This document shows positions 11,417 to 24,300 of a stretch of DNA of 64,000 nucleotides, piece after piece; position 1 is the stretch's first letter; every line of letters starts with the position of its first letter. The stretch covers positions 3,162,001 to 3,226,000 of the forward strand of contig BQFW01000008.1 in the NCBI GenBank assembly GCA_020891255.1, written 5' to 3'. Position numbers and translations under genes: made by a program. Below the pieces are notes generated by a model. That model saw only the letters and a program-made list of their open reading frames with translations. It made no database searches and was not told the origin of the DNA. The DNA is from Entomortierella parvispora E1425. Its lineage: Eukaryota > Fungi > Mortierellomycota.

Positions 11417-13775
11417 TTAGAAGTTCTTGGTGAACTCGGTGGTGACATCCTTGAGCTTGGCGAAAGACTCGGTGCTCAAATCGCCAGACTTGCGGATCTC
11501 CTCGAGGAGATCACCGTGGCTGGAGACCAAGTAGGGGATGAACTTGCGCTCATACTCGCCGACACGGTTGACGGGGATCTTGTCGAGGAAACCGTTGACA
11601 CCGGCAAAGACGATGGCAACCTGGTGCTCAACGGGGAGGGGCTTGTACTGGGGCTGCTTGAGCAACTCGGTCAAACGGGCACCACGGTTCAACAAGAACT
11701 GGGTGGAGGCATCCAAATCGGAACCGAACTGGGCGAAGGCAGCGACCTCACGGTACTGGGCCAAGTACAACTTCATGGAACCAGCAATCTTCTTCATGGA
11801 CTTGGTCTGGGCGTGGGAACCGACACGGGAGACGGAAAGACCGACGTTAATGGCGGGACGGATACCCTTGAAGAACAACTCAGCCTCCAAGAAGATCTGA
11901 CCGTCAGTAATGGAAATGACGTTGGTGGGAATGTAGGCAGACACATCTCCTCCCTGGGTCTCAATGATGGGAAGGGCAGTCATGGAACCACCTCCGAGCT
12001 TGCGGTTCATCTTGGCGGAACGCTCCAAAAGACGGGAGTGGAGGTAGAAGACATCACCGGGGTAAGCCTCACGACCTGGGGGACGACGAAGCAAAAGGGA
12101 CATCTGACGGTAGGCGACGGCCTGCTTGGAAAGATCGTCGAAAACGATCAAGGCGTGCTTGCCGTTGTCACGGAAGTACTCACCAACAGCGCATCCAGAG
12201 AAAGGAGCGAGGTACTGAAGGGGAGCGGCCTCGGAGGCAGTGGCGGCAACGACGACAGAGTACTTCATGGCATCGTTCTCCTCAAGGGTCTGGACGAACT
12301 GAGCGACGGTGGAACGCTTCTGACCAACAGCAACGTAGACACAGTACAACTTCTTGGCCTCATCAGAGCCATCGTTCCACTTCTTCTGGTTAAGAATGGT
12401 ATCCAAAGCGACGGCGGTCTTTCCGGTCTGACGATCACCAATGATCAACTCACGCTGACCACGACCGACGGGGACCATGGAGTCAATGCACTTGATTCCA
12501 GTCAACATAGGCTCACGGACGGACTCACGGGGAAGAATACCGGGGGCCTTGACCTGGGCACGGCGACGCTCAGAGGCGGCGATGGGGCCCTTTCCATCGA
12601 TGGGGTTACCGAGGGCATCGATGACACGGCCCAAAAGAGCCTCACCGACGGGGAGATCGACAATGTTACCGGTACGCTTGACGGTATCACCCTCGCGAAT
12701 GAGACGATCGTTACCGAAGACGACAATACCGACGTTGTCAGCCTCCAAGTTCATGGCCATACCCTATGAAGATCAAGCAAACAGAAAGATGGCGGGGTGA
12801 TGTGAGAGTCTATCCAGCTTGGCTCTTGATAATTATCATAATTATCCAGTAATTCGACAGGAACGCAGGTCCAGTCTTGATCGCCCTGGTCCAGCAATTA
12901 TGTGCGCCTGTCGAGAAAAGCAGCGTCTTTTGAGCAATTGATTACCTTGACACCGCTGGAGAACTCAACCATCTCCTCGGCCTGGCAGTTCTTCAAGCCA
13001 TAGACACGGGCAATACCGTCTCCGATGGACAAGACACGACCGGTCTCCTGGATGTCGACGGACGAGTTAAGGCCGCTGATGCGGTCCTCGAGGATCGAGG
13101 TGACCTCAGAGGTGGCTAGATATTTAGAAAAAGATGAAACAAAAGAGTAAGTCATCAGTTCCAGATTGTAGATCCATGGGCGGGTTGAAGATGATCCAGA
13201 TCGGAACCAGGACAGGGTTCCTTACCGGGCTTGGCGGTGGCATAGTTGCGGATGGCAGAGAAGGCACCGACGTTGGCGCGAACCTATGTGATTGGCAAAA
13301 GGACAGAGAGAAAGAAAGAAGAAGAGTCAGTCAGTTTGTAATGATTGGGCTGCATGATCGGGTCCGTTTGCTTGTCCCTTCAAGACGTGATTTTGAAGAT
13401 TGGGTCGAATCGGATCCATGTGGTTGAGGATCAGGGGGGGTGGATGGATCCGGGCAGATGACAAGGGTAAGCGTCGCTGGTGGATCAGAGCAATCCATGG
13501 AAGAGAGATGAAGGGTTGGTGGCAAGAGATGATCTTTCGTGGGTTGCATGTGGGAAGATGGGTGGGTTGGCAGATGATTGTTGTGTTGTGGGTTCCGTTC
13601 CTGAAGATGAAGGCGATTGGCGATTGGCGAGGAGCAGGCGATGAAGAGGAATAAAAGGAAAAGAAAAGAAGAAAGAGGAGGCGGAAGACGATGTACGAAA
13701 GAGACATACCACGGGGGAAGCGCGGGCCAAAGCGATGGCGGCAGGGCGAGCAGCGCGGGTGAGCGAGCGAAGCAT
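11417..13775 (-). CDS. ATP1: Mitochondrial F1-ATP synthase alpha subunit, nuclear-encoded, 4 exons
   Basis: Presequence [13 protein letters not shown]; [18 protein letters not shown]; Walker A GDRQTGKT; [20 protein letters not shown]; [16 protein letters not shown]. Confidence 0.98.
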
Positions 13776-14548
13776 GGTGGGAGGATGGGGGTGGATGGGG
13801 GAGAGTGGAGAGAAGGAGAGAGATGAGAGAGGGGCGACAGAGGGGGGCCTTTTCTTGCTTGCGGAAGAGTTGTTCCTACTCTTTCCCTGTTCGAGGGCAC
13901 AAAAACATTGTGACTTTCTTGCGTCGATTCGCGATTCGGTGACGTTGTCGCGTCGGCTTTAATTTATCTTTTATCGCGCCCATTGTGCTCGACCCTCTTG
14001 CCTTGGATCAGATCACTCCCGACTGCACTGCGTCGGAGAAGGTCGCGTGTGAGCAAGGGAGTGAGCGTGCATCCATCCATCCTATCTTGTCTTGCTATCC
14101 TGGATAAGGTGACTCTATTGCGACATCCTCCTTCACAGAACAGTCTACCTGTCAGTCATTGTCAGTGAGCACTCTTCATCATCCTGCTGAAAGAGCAACT
14201 GTGTTTTTTTGGATGGCAATTTTATAGGATTAGATTGCAGTTTAGATAGAGTAATTCTAGAGGTGGAGGACGAGAAGGAGAAGGTTTAAAGGGGAGGGGA
14301 AACGGTTCAACTCTGACTACAAGAGAGGTTGGAGAGGGCGGAAGATGCTGTGATGCGAGATGAAAAATGAGAGACACATGCTATGGGAGACAATAGACAA
14401 TGATAACAAAGAAACCAAAATAACTAGCTCTCTGGGAGAAAAGAAGAGCCAAGGTGGGGAGGACGTTGAGAGGATCGCCCTACGCGCAAAAGTGCAGCGC
14501 GCGTGTGTGTGTTGTTTTGTTTATGTTGTGTGTGGGGGGTCACATCAT

Positions 14549-15247
14549 TTAAAGAGCACCAAGGTTGAGCTTGGGGATGAAGACGTTGGCAAAGACCTTG
14601 GCAAAGACTTCGACAAAGGCATCGAGGCGGATGTTGATGTTGGAGGCGACCTGGAGGGTGGCCTTGATGTGGGCCTGGGCAAGACCGAGAGCGTCCACGT
14701 TGATCTTGCGAATGACGGCCTTCAAGCGGAGACGGAGCTTTGACTCAAGGTGAGCAGTCACCTTGGCCTTGACCTCGGGGATGATGACCTTGACGGCAGC
14801 ATGAACCTTGGCAACGATAGAGTGGGCATGCTCCTTGAGGCAGTCGTCACTGACGACGGGGCAGAGCTCGAGAAGGATCTTCTTGATATGGACATCGACC
14901 TTGGCCAAGACCTCGGCCTTGACATCGGCCTCCACCACAGCCTTGACCTCAGCATCGAGCTTTTCCTTGACACTGAGCTTCAAACCGTCGACATCGGCCT
15001 CAGCATCGACGACCTTGCCGAGAACCTGGGCATCAGCCCAGAGGTCGAGTTTGACATCAAGGCAGAGGTCCTGTTCGAGCTTGAGACAAGCATGAGCAAC
15101 AGCATTCACCTTGGCATCGACAATGACCTTAGGGATTACAAGGTCGACAGTGTTGCGGTTCTCGCGCTTGGCGATGGGACCAGCCTGAGCAGAGGCGGCA
15201 AAGAGGGAAAGACCCAAGACGGCGGGGACGAAGGTGGAGATTCTCAT
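14549..15247 (-). CDS. Secreted Val/Ala/Lys/Asp-rich protein of unknown function, 232 aa, intronless
   Basis: Hydrophobic signal peptide MRISTFVPAVLGLSLFAASAQA, dibasic KR site, four Cys in two close pairs, strong C/G-ending codon bias, CT-rich leader and TATAAAA-like element upstream. Confidence 0.85.
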   Translation of the reverse strand: MRISTFVPAVLGLSLFAASAQAGPIAKRENRNTVDLVIPKVIVDAKVNAVAHACLKLEQDLCLDVKLDLWADAQVLGKVVDAEADVDGLKLSVKEKLDAEVKAVVEADVKAEVLAKVDVHIKKILLELCPVVSDDCLKEHAHSIVAKVHAAVKVIIPEVKAKVTAHLESKLRLRLKAVIRKINVDALGLAQAHIKATLQVASNINIRLDAFVEVFAKVFANVFIPKLNLGAL

Positions 15248-17096
15248 TTTGGTTGGAGGTGGGTGGTGGTAGTAGGGGAGAGGTTGGGGGAGTAGGTAGT
15301 CAGAGAGGTTGGTGAAGAAGTTTGCTGTGGAAGCTTGGAAGTGGTTGTGGGATGAAGAACAAAAAAAAAAGTTGGAGGGATGGTTCTTGGTTTTTTATAC
15401 CAGAGTGACAGATGTGTCCTTCATGGGTACCCGGGGAAGCGGTACTAGAGTTTAGGCCGTTGGGTCGAGAGGCTGTCTGGGCTGGGCTGGTTGGCTGGCT
15501 CAGCCGGTGCCGCTATGGTGCCTGCCGGTTCCTTGATCAGCTCGCAGGACATCAGGACTCGTGCCTTGTTTGAGGAATGAGAGCCGAGGTCGGTGTGCAG
15601 AGGAAAAAAAACAAATACTGCGCGACACCGGCACACAGGATTCAGGACGCGTCGCAGGGACCATTCGCGGTGCGCAATAGATATTAATAGTCCAGTGAAA
15701 GTTGTCTACCCCGGGGTCAAGACCAGGAGGAATTGAGGGGACGAGGGAGAGAGAAAGGCGCGGCAAAAAGAAGAAAAATAAATAAACGGAGGAGGTGGTC
15801 AAAGCTATCACTTGCAAGGGCGTGGCGTTTTATGCCCAAGAGTAGAGTATATAAAATATTCACCTCAAAAGGAGGTCTCCCAGGAGAGCAACGCGAGAGA
15901 GTGAGTGAGAGAGAAAGAAAAGGAGACATACATAAATTTTCGCAGAAAGTTGCTCTCAGCTGCATTGGGGAGAGAACGGGCGCGAAGAGTTCAAGGGGAT
16001 GACCGATCAAGGGATAAGACGCAGGCGGGTTCTTTGGCAGTTTGCCGACGCACGAATGCGATCCAGGTCACGGTTCCGACCCATCCATGGCGTTTCCAAC
16101 AGGGTCGAGAGGTCGCGTTGGTCTTTTTGGCTTGTGCGTTCTTTGCACTATAGTCGATCCTTTCTGGCATCGTCGCCACCTCTGGCGTCGAACGGAGAGG
16201 GAAAGGAGTGAGAGCTTTGGATGGACCTTGTGTCTGTCCTCATTCCTCTCCACCAGCTGAAAAATCAACATCTAATGGACAGACCAACGGGCGTGGAACG
16301 GGCGCTCTTCATCCATTGCAGGCCACAAGGAAGGCTCTGTTCTTTCTCCTATTCCACGCTAACAATGTAACATAATCCTGTCGTTGCCTGCTCATGGTGT
16401 GCTGTACAGTACATGAAGTTGATCGTTCTTCACATTTGGCTGCAACCCTTCACGACGTTGTACTGTACAGACGACAAACGGCTGTGCCGCTTGAATCTCA
16501 GGAAAAGTATTACACCTCATCTTTCTTCCGAGCGAGATGCGTCCTTTTCACTCCACAGTCCTAATGTGTCCCCATCCATGCACCACGCGGCATCCAGCCG
16601 ATGTTCCCTTTCATTGATGCTGCAAGACTAGGATCACCGTAGTCAAATCCAAGTCTATCAACTATTTGCTCTCGCGCTTTTCTTTTTTTTTTTTTTTTTT
16701 TTTTTTTGAATGGTCATCTCCTGACTCCTTGCCTCCCTTGAGCGCCTGTCGTCTGTCCCTTATTCATTTTTTTGCTTTATCCTGGCCAGTAGAGCTTCAC
16801 GGTCGTACAAACTAGGTTTCTATGGTACTGCGACCATCTCAAAGTGCAAGTAGGGACTCATGCCTTTTGCGCACAAGATATTCTTTCTCTGCAATTCCGA
16901 GGCGCGAACGGTCTCCCTGAAAGAGACCCCCCTTCTAGTTTATTTTCATCGTTCCATGGGGCGACCTGCATGTGGGATGTGGCACGTACCGTTACCCCTT
17001 GCACCTTGTCTCCCTCTCTCCTGCCCCTCTGCTGCTCCCCTTCAATTCCCGGCTAGGGAAGGCGACATCTAGCATCACGTACTTTATTGGATTTTT

Positions 17097-18933
17097 TCAG
17101 AGGTATATCCTTCGTAGGTCCTTTGGTAGCGTAATCTTTTGACACTGTGGACATAACTTTTTGCTTCCCAAGGTTTTCATCCAACAAGCCTCACAATGTA
17201 CATGCCAGCAGACAATGGATGTCAATGGCACTGTGTATGGGTCCAGGCAAATAAGGCACGTTGGCGAGTTCTTGTTTGCAGATTCTAAATGCTTAATCTT
17301 GGCTCTCAGAGCGTCAATGACAAGCTTGGTATCGCCAGAAGCAAATGCAGACGTGATCATGGCGTTGACCCTATCTGACTCAGTCTCGTCTTCTTCATCC
17401 ATGTCATCGTCATCGCCTTCTAGATCAATCTCAGCATCCTCATCCACCTCTGTGTCATCCACGTCGCCAGGGTCATCTCCCATGTCTTCGATATCCACCT
17501 CCTTATCCATCTTTGCTGCGTTGGAGGATCCTGAAACAGCTAGTTTCCGCCGTGGTGGAGGAGAAGGTGGTCGTTGCACTGCAGAGCTGGACGCGATTAC
17601 GATCTCTCGTAATTCGTCTGCATCTGGATCGATCTCTTCATTTAGCACAACATCTCGCTCTGTGAACTGTGCTCCCCCGTATTCATCCTCTTCATCCTCT
17701 TCAATATCCAGATCGTCATCAATGTCCTCTTGAACAGTCCTAGATCCTGAGCCCAAAGACCCCATGCCTCCTTCAAAGAGAGCTGTGGCTCTGACTCTTG
17801 TCTGTCCTGCCCAAGTGTATTCTTCAAATGAATCCACCGCATGCGTACTGGGCGTGGTGGCCACAGAGCTCCTCCCTGAGTGACCATCACCACCGCTGGC
17901 AGAGACGGGCGTGTTGGCTCCAGAGGATGCAGCACTGGGACCATGACCAGGCTGAGGGTTGGTTAGACATGAATCGATATGAGAGTTGATGTCGTCCAAT
18001 GAACCATATAGTCTCTCGTTGCAGATGAAGCAGGTGGCTGGAGAATAGTCATGGCCGATCGCATCGCCTCCAAGAGCACCTACAAGCCCGAGATCTAGAT
18101 TGTTGGATCCTGATGATGCGATATCCTTATTGGTTTGGCGTGCTGTCCTTCTCTTTTGAATATCTCGTACCAGCTAAATTTTGAAGAGATAGTGTTGTGG
18201 CAGAAAGAGCAAAGAGAGCGAGATCAGACAAGGTGCCAAGATGAAAGAACGCTTTTGACCTTTGCAACGCCTCGAAGGCTGCCTTCTTACGTTCCGCTTA
18301 TCAACGTCGGCGCCCGACGTCCGCTGTTTTCCTTTTGTAATGAACTTTGTCGCTGCTATGGCGGCCCCTCGTTTTCCTCTGGAACTAAAGTACAACGGGG
18401 GATCTGACGTGTTAAAGAGCGTGTGTACGTCTGGTAATCATCAAAGTCCAAAGCTATGAATTTCATCGCTCTTGATACCTTTCATGAGAAGAGCTGGACT
18501 CTATCTGCGCCAACTCCATTCTGTAATGCTGCTGATATTGACCTGGGGCGACGACTTCATGGCATATAGGGCATCGAACAGAAGGATTCCTCCTTGTTCT
18601 TTTGGCAGGGTTGCCTTCAGTTGGAGTCCTGGGTTCACTCTGGTTATTATTGTCGATGGCCTGCTCTGCGAGTTCGCTGCCATGCCTCAGTGTCCGGTCA
18701 GGCGTGACCTTTCTTTTGCGGCGACCCTCTGTTTCCGAGTCTGTGTCTGTGTCTGTGTCCATGTCCATGTCCATGGTCTTGTCATTCAGCAACAGATCAC
18801 GATCGACCTTTGGGCTGCTACCAGAGACCGCCCTAGGCGAGTCAGTCCTTGGGATCAGTTCCTCGTGTGCGTGCTGCTGTTCCAGCCTGGAAGAGTAAGA
18901 GGGAGAAGGGGATCGCATGGCGTTGTTTTCCAT
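17097..18933 (-). CDS. RNF220: RNF220-like RING E3 ubiquitin ligase (3 exons)
   Basis: C-terminal RING CLICLDPYTVPLTSIVCWHVHCEACWMKTLGSKKLCPQC..DLRRIYL; FEEYTWAGQTRVRATALFEGG motif; CPIC..HYRMEL and CFICNERL..HIDSCL fingers. All match animal RNF220 hallmarks. Confidence 0.85.
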
Positions 18934-19225
18934 CCGCGTGTCCTTTTGAATCAAGCATGCACCAAGTGAGAGGAGAGTCAAAAATCCAAAAAAATCAAGG
19001 TGTCAGCCAGTCAGTCAGACAGACACAGTGACAGAAAACAAGCCACTGCACACTGCACACTTGCACACTGCACACAGGCACACACACACACACACTGCAG
19101 CCGAGAACTCATCCTTCGTCTGCGTTCCATTGGTCTGGTTGGACATCATCTTCTCTACTCTCTCTCTCTCTCTCTCTTCTTCTCTCTCTACCCTCCCCTC
19201 TCTCTCTCTCTATCCCCATCACACC

Positions 19226-20109
19226 ATGTCCGACAGCGAAGACTTCCTCGAGCCTCTCGACCCTACTCTCCAGAACGTCCTTGACCAGACATCGCTCCAG
19301 TGGATCTTTGTCGGAGGCAAGGGAGGTGTCGGTAAGTCACCCCATCCTTTCCTTCTTTTTTCTCATCTCTCCCCAAGTCCGTGTCTTGGCACTTTGCAAA
19401 CGTGCAACGCTCAATGCCAACCCAACCCGCGACTACTCCCCTTCTCTCTTGCCTGTCCATGTCGTCCTGCCTATTGCTCAACCCTTCTCCCCTGACACTC
19501 TTCTCTTTTTGGCGCGTCCTCAGGAAAGACCACCACTTCCTGCTCCCTTGCTATCCAGCTCGCCAAGGTCCGCCCAAGCGTACTCTTGATCTCCACTGAT
19601 CCCGCCCACAACTTGTCCGATGCCTTTGGACAAAAGTTCAGCAAGGACGCCACTCTTGTCAATGGATTCACCAACCTCTCTGCTATGGTAATAATCGCTA
19701 TCGTTTTTTCATTTTTTTTATTCGTTTCCCGATCACGCTTGTGCCTGCCAATCGACCCATGTGCCATGATATTGACTTTTTCATGTGTCTTTCTTTCTTT
19801 TTACTCTCTAGGAAATCGACCCTTCTTCTTCGATCCAGGAAATGATTGACAACTGTAAGCAAGACGTTTTGTCTTTTTTGTTCGGGAACAAGGAAACGGC
19901 CCAGACATTCAAAAAGAGTCAACAACAACCTCAGCCCCACCTGCAAGACGACGATCCTGATCCAGAACTATATTTTCGCTCTTTTTTCTTTCTTTGACAA
20001 CAACTAGCCGACGATCAGGGAAGCGGTATCTCCTCCATGATGCAGGATCTCGCCTTTGCCATTCCCGGAGTGGACGAGGCCATGGGATTTGCCGAGGTTA
20101 TGAAGTATG

Positions 20110-20140
<31 letters not shown>

Positions 20141-20962
20141 GGCTCGATGATTGCCTTCTCTTTTGTGGTCGTCCGATCGAGATCACTGACCTTCGAGTCC
20201 AATTCTTTTTTTTCAATCTCTCTTAGGCAAGTCAAGTCGATGGAATACTCTGTCATTATTTTTGACACAGCACCTACTGGACACACCCTTCGCTTCTTGT
20301 CTTTCCCCAGTGTATTGGAAAAGGCTCTGGCCAAGGTTTCCCAGTTGAGCGGACGTTTTGGACCCATGATGCAGCAAATGTCGGGCATGATGGGCATGCA
20401 GGGCAACCCCGAGGATATGTTTGGCAAGCTGGAGGGCATGCGTGAGATCATCACGGAGGTCAACAACCAGTTCAAGGACGCGGACAAGACCACCTTCGTC
20501 TGTGTGTGCATCTCCGAGTTCTTGTCCCTGTACGAGACCGAGCGTATGATTCAAGAGTTGACTTCCTACCATATCGACACCCACAACATCGTCGTCAACC
20601 AGCTCTTGTTCCCCAAGAAGGACTCCAACTGTGAGCAGTGCAGGGTCCGTCACCAGATGCAAAAGAAGTACCTGAACCAGATCTATGATCTGTACGAGGA
20701 TTTCCACATTACCAGGTAAAGCAGCGGCAATCACCAGGAGACTTTCAAAGATGGGAGATTTTCAGGTCTGTTGTTCTTGAATGAGTTTTCTCTTTGCTGA
20801 CCTCTTTTTCCCTTCCTTTATTCCTTTCCTCGATGTAGGTTACCCCTTTTGACAAACGAGATTCGTGGAGTGGAAAAGCTGATTACATTCTCGGACATGT
20901 TGGTCAACAGCTCCTTTGTTGACGAGAAGAAGGCTGAGGGCATTGAGGACGAGAAGGCATAA
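19226..20962 (+). CDS. GET3: GET3/ASNA1 ATPase for tail-anchored protein insertion (multi-exon)
   Basis: [62 protein letters not shown]; last exon ends ...DEKA* at 20962. Confidence 0.97.
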
Positions 20963-21387
20963 AGGAATCAACAGGATCTATCCCAAAGCAAGATGTTGCC
21001 ATATCCAAATACAAATAAACGAGATAAAGTGATTTTTGACAAGTCAATGGACTGCCAACTGCATATACTTCAAGGATATCCTCCATCACTCCACTTTCAG
21101 CTCCACTATTCTCATCTACACCACCCTGTTGTCTCTGACATCTCTGATGTCAATATGGGGCATCACAGCACGACGAAGACCAAGGGATGAAGAGATCAGG
21201 CATTCATTCTTCGCGGACGTGACCTTACGAAGGTGGGGAGGAAAGACAGAGAGTGCTTTTACCTCTTTTGCTAAATGCAATGGTGCATAGCAGTGTACGA
21301 TATCCTCTCGATACACCGGTTTGAGCATTAGGGAAGTTGGACCTTGGCAAAACTCAGCCTTGCGGAAAAAAAATTGATTTTCCCATT

Positions 21388-24300
21388 TTATTTTGGCTGG
21401 ATCTGCTCCTGAGCAAGAGGTGATCGGGCAATTGCTCCCTCGGCACCATTATACATCTGGATCAATTTGGTTAATCTCGTCTGCCTTGTGAGACTCCCTT
21501 GCCTAGCAGCCTTCGAGTACCACTCTTTGGCTTTCTGGAAGTCCTTGAGAACACCTTTACCCCTGAAGTGCATGTCGCCAATGTTGTTCTCGGCACTAGA
21601 ACATTCTTGCTCGGCAGCCTTCGTATACCACTCCATTGCTTTCTGGTAGTCCTGAGGAGCCCCTTTGCCCTTGCAATACATGTTGCCAATGCTGTTCTGG
21701 GCAAGGCTGTGCCCTTGCTTGGCGGCCTTCATGTACCACTCCATAGCCTTTTGGTAGTCCTGCGGAACACCATTGCCCCTATAGTACATATTGCCAACGC
21801 TGTTCTGAGCTTTGATATGTCCTTGCTCTGCAGCCTTAATATACCATTCCATGGCCTTCTGGTAATCCAGGGGAACACCCCAGCCATTATAATTCATATC
21901 GCCAATGTTGTTCTGGGCATTGGTGTTTCCAAGCTTGGCGGCTTTCAAAAACCACTCCATGGCTTTCTGATAATCCTTGGAAACACCCTCGTCATTCTTG
22001 TACATGGAGCCAATTTGGATCAGAGAAGTGGTACACCCTTGCTCCGCGGCTTTCATGTACCACTCCAAGGCCGCCATATAATCTTGAGCAACGCCGTCGC
22101 CATTAAAGTACAAGTTGCCCATGTTTTTCTGCGCAGCAGCATGTCCTTGGTCAGCTGACTTGAGCCACCACTCCTTGGCTTTGTCAAAATCCACTGACAC
22201 TCCACGGCCATCGTGGTACATACTACCGGTGTAGTTCTGGGCAGCGCCGTGGCCCAGGTTTGCAGCCTTGAGGTAGTAGTCCATAGCCTTGGTATAGTCG
22301 GGCACAGTATTCTGGTAGCACATGATACCTAGGCAGAATAGGGCACTGGCATTCCCTTGGTTACCCGCCTTCTCGTACCAATCTCTTGCCCTGGAATTGT
22401 CGAGTTGAATATCAATGCCATACTGGTAGAGGAAGCCGAGGTTGTATTGAGCTAAGGCGTGTCCTTGGGTGGCCGCACATGTATACCATTCCACTGCTTT
22501 CCGATGGTCCTTAGCGACTCCGTCACCGTCATTGTACATCGCACCTAGATTGAACTGAGCGTCGGCGTCTCCTTGCTGGGCGGCCTTCACATACCATTTC
22601 ACGGCTTCCTGGCAGTCTTTGGAAACACCCTCGCCATTGTAGTACATAGAACCAATGTTGTATTGGGCAGTGGAGTGTCCTTGCTCAGCTGCCTTCAAAT
22701 ACCACTCCATGGCTGTCTGGATGTTCTGGGAAACACCATTACCATTGTAATACATGGTGGCTATGTTGTTCTGGGCAATGGCGTGCCCTTGATCGGCGGC
22801 CTTCAAATACCACTTCGCAGCTGTCTGGTGGTCCTGTGGAGCACCCTCGCCCTTGTGATACATGTTTCCAACGCTGTTCTGCGCAAGGCTGTGTCCTTGC
22901 TCGGCGGCCCTCATGTACCACTCCATGGCTTTCTGGTAGTCCCTGGGAGCAGTCTGACCATTATAACACATGTTGCCGATGTTGTTCTGGGCATGGCCCT
23001 CTCCTTGCTCAGTGGCCGCCTTCAAAAACCATGCCATGGCTTCCTGGTCATCCTTGGCTACACCTTCGCCATTGTAGTACATAGTGCCAATGGCGTTCTG
23101 TGAACTGGCGTGCCCTTGATCTGCAGCCTTCAAATACCACTTCATGGCTTTCTGGTAGTCCTTGGGAGCACTCTGACCATTATAACACAAGCTGCCGATA
23201 TTGTTCTGGGCATGGACCTCTCCCTGTTCAGCGGCCTTCAAAAACCATTCCATGGCTTTCTGGTCATCTTTGGCTACACCTTCTCCATTGTAGTACATAG
23301 CGCCAATGTTGTTCTGGGCAATGGCGAGTCCTTGATCTGCAGCCTTCAAATACCACTCCATTGCTTTTTGGTTGTCATTGGGTACACTTTGGCCATGCTG
23401 GTACATACGGCCAATATTGTTCTGTGCACGATCATCTCCTTGCTCGGCAGCCTTTGAAAACCACTCCATAGCTTGCTGGTAGTCCCTGGTCACACCTTGG
23501 CCATACTGGTACATACGGCCAATGTTGCACTGAGCGGTAGCTTCTCCTTGCTGAGCGGCCTTTAAAAACCATTCCATGGCTTTATCGTAGTCCTCTGGAA
23601 CACCTTTGCCATTCAAGTACAAGAAGCCAACGTCGTTCTGGGCCTTTGCGTTTCCTTGCTCGGCGGTCGTCAAAAACCATTCCTGGGCTTTCTCGAAGTC
23701 TTCGGGAATACCCAGTCCATTCAGATACATGGAGCCAATGTTGTGCTGAGCTGTTGCATTTCCTTGATCAGCTGCCTTCATATACCACTCCATTGCTCTC
23801 GAGTACTGCTGGGGAACACCCTGGCCTTCACGATACATGTTACCCATGTTTTTTTGCGCAGGGGCATATCCTTGGTTGGCGGACTTGAGATACCACTCCT
23901 GAGCCGCGATATAATCCTTTGAGACTCCAAGACCGTTGCTGAACATATAGCCAGCGTAGTTTTGTGCAGCGGCATGTCCCTGATCTGCGGCCAGGAGATA
24001 GCACTCCTTTGCTTTGGTATAGTCTGGCGGATCATTCTCGTAATACATAGTACCAAGACAAAACAAGGCATGGGAATTCCCTTGGTCTGATGCTTTGAGG
24101 TACCACTCCATCGCCCTGGAATTGTCTAGCGGTACACCTCTGCCATGTTGGTATAGAAAGCCGAGGCTATACTGAGCCGTAGCATCTCCTTGATCAGCCG
24201 CCCTGGAGTACCACTTTGCTGCTTCCTGGTAATCCAGAGGAGAGCCATCGCCTTCATCATACACCGATCCTACGGTGAGCTGAGCATTGATGTCTCCTTG

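Noticed and set aside
11378-12769. 463-aa plus-strand ORF
   Set aside because: Antisense shadow of ATP1 produced by strong codon bias; no independent protein features.
14750-15295. Asp/Leu/Gly-rich plus-strand ORF
   Set aside because: Antisense to the secreted protein. The secreted protein also lacks the AGYGST-type repeats of ice-nucleation proteins, so that idea was dropped.
16385-16401. 17-mer TGCCTGCTCATGGTGTG also present at 47068-47084
   Set aside because: One 17-nt match within 64 kb is not far from chance expectation, and the flanks do not extend.
18400-18480. RNF220 intron donor GTATCA considered as a U12-type intron
   Set aside because: Lacks the RTATCCTT consensus and a U12 branch site; the donors I inspected in the window look U2-type.
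21036-21290. Short ORF with a hydrophobic stretch between GET3 and Sel1 A
   Set aside because: Lies in the convergent 3' UTR zone; no start context or homology recognised.
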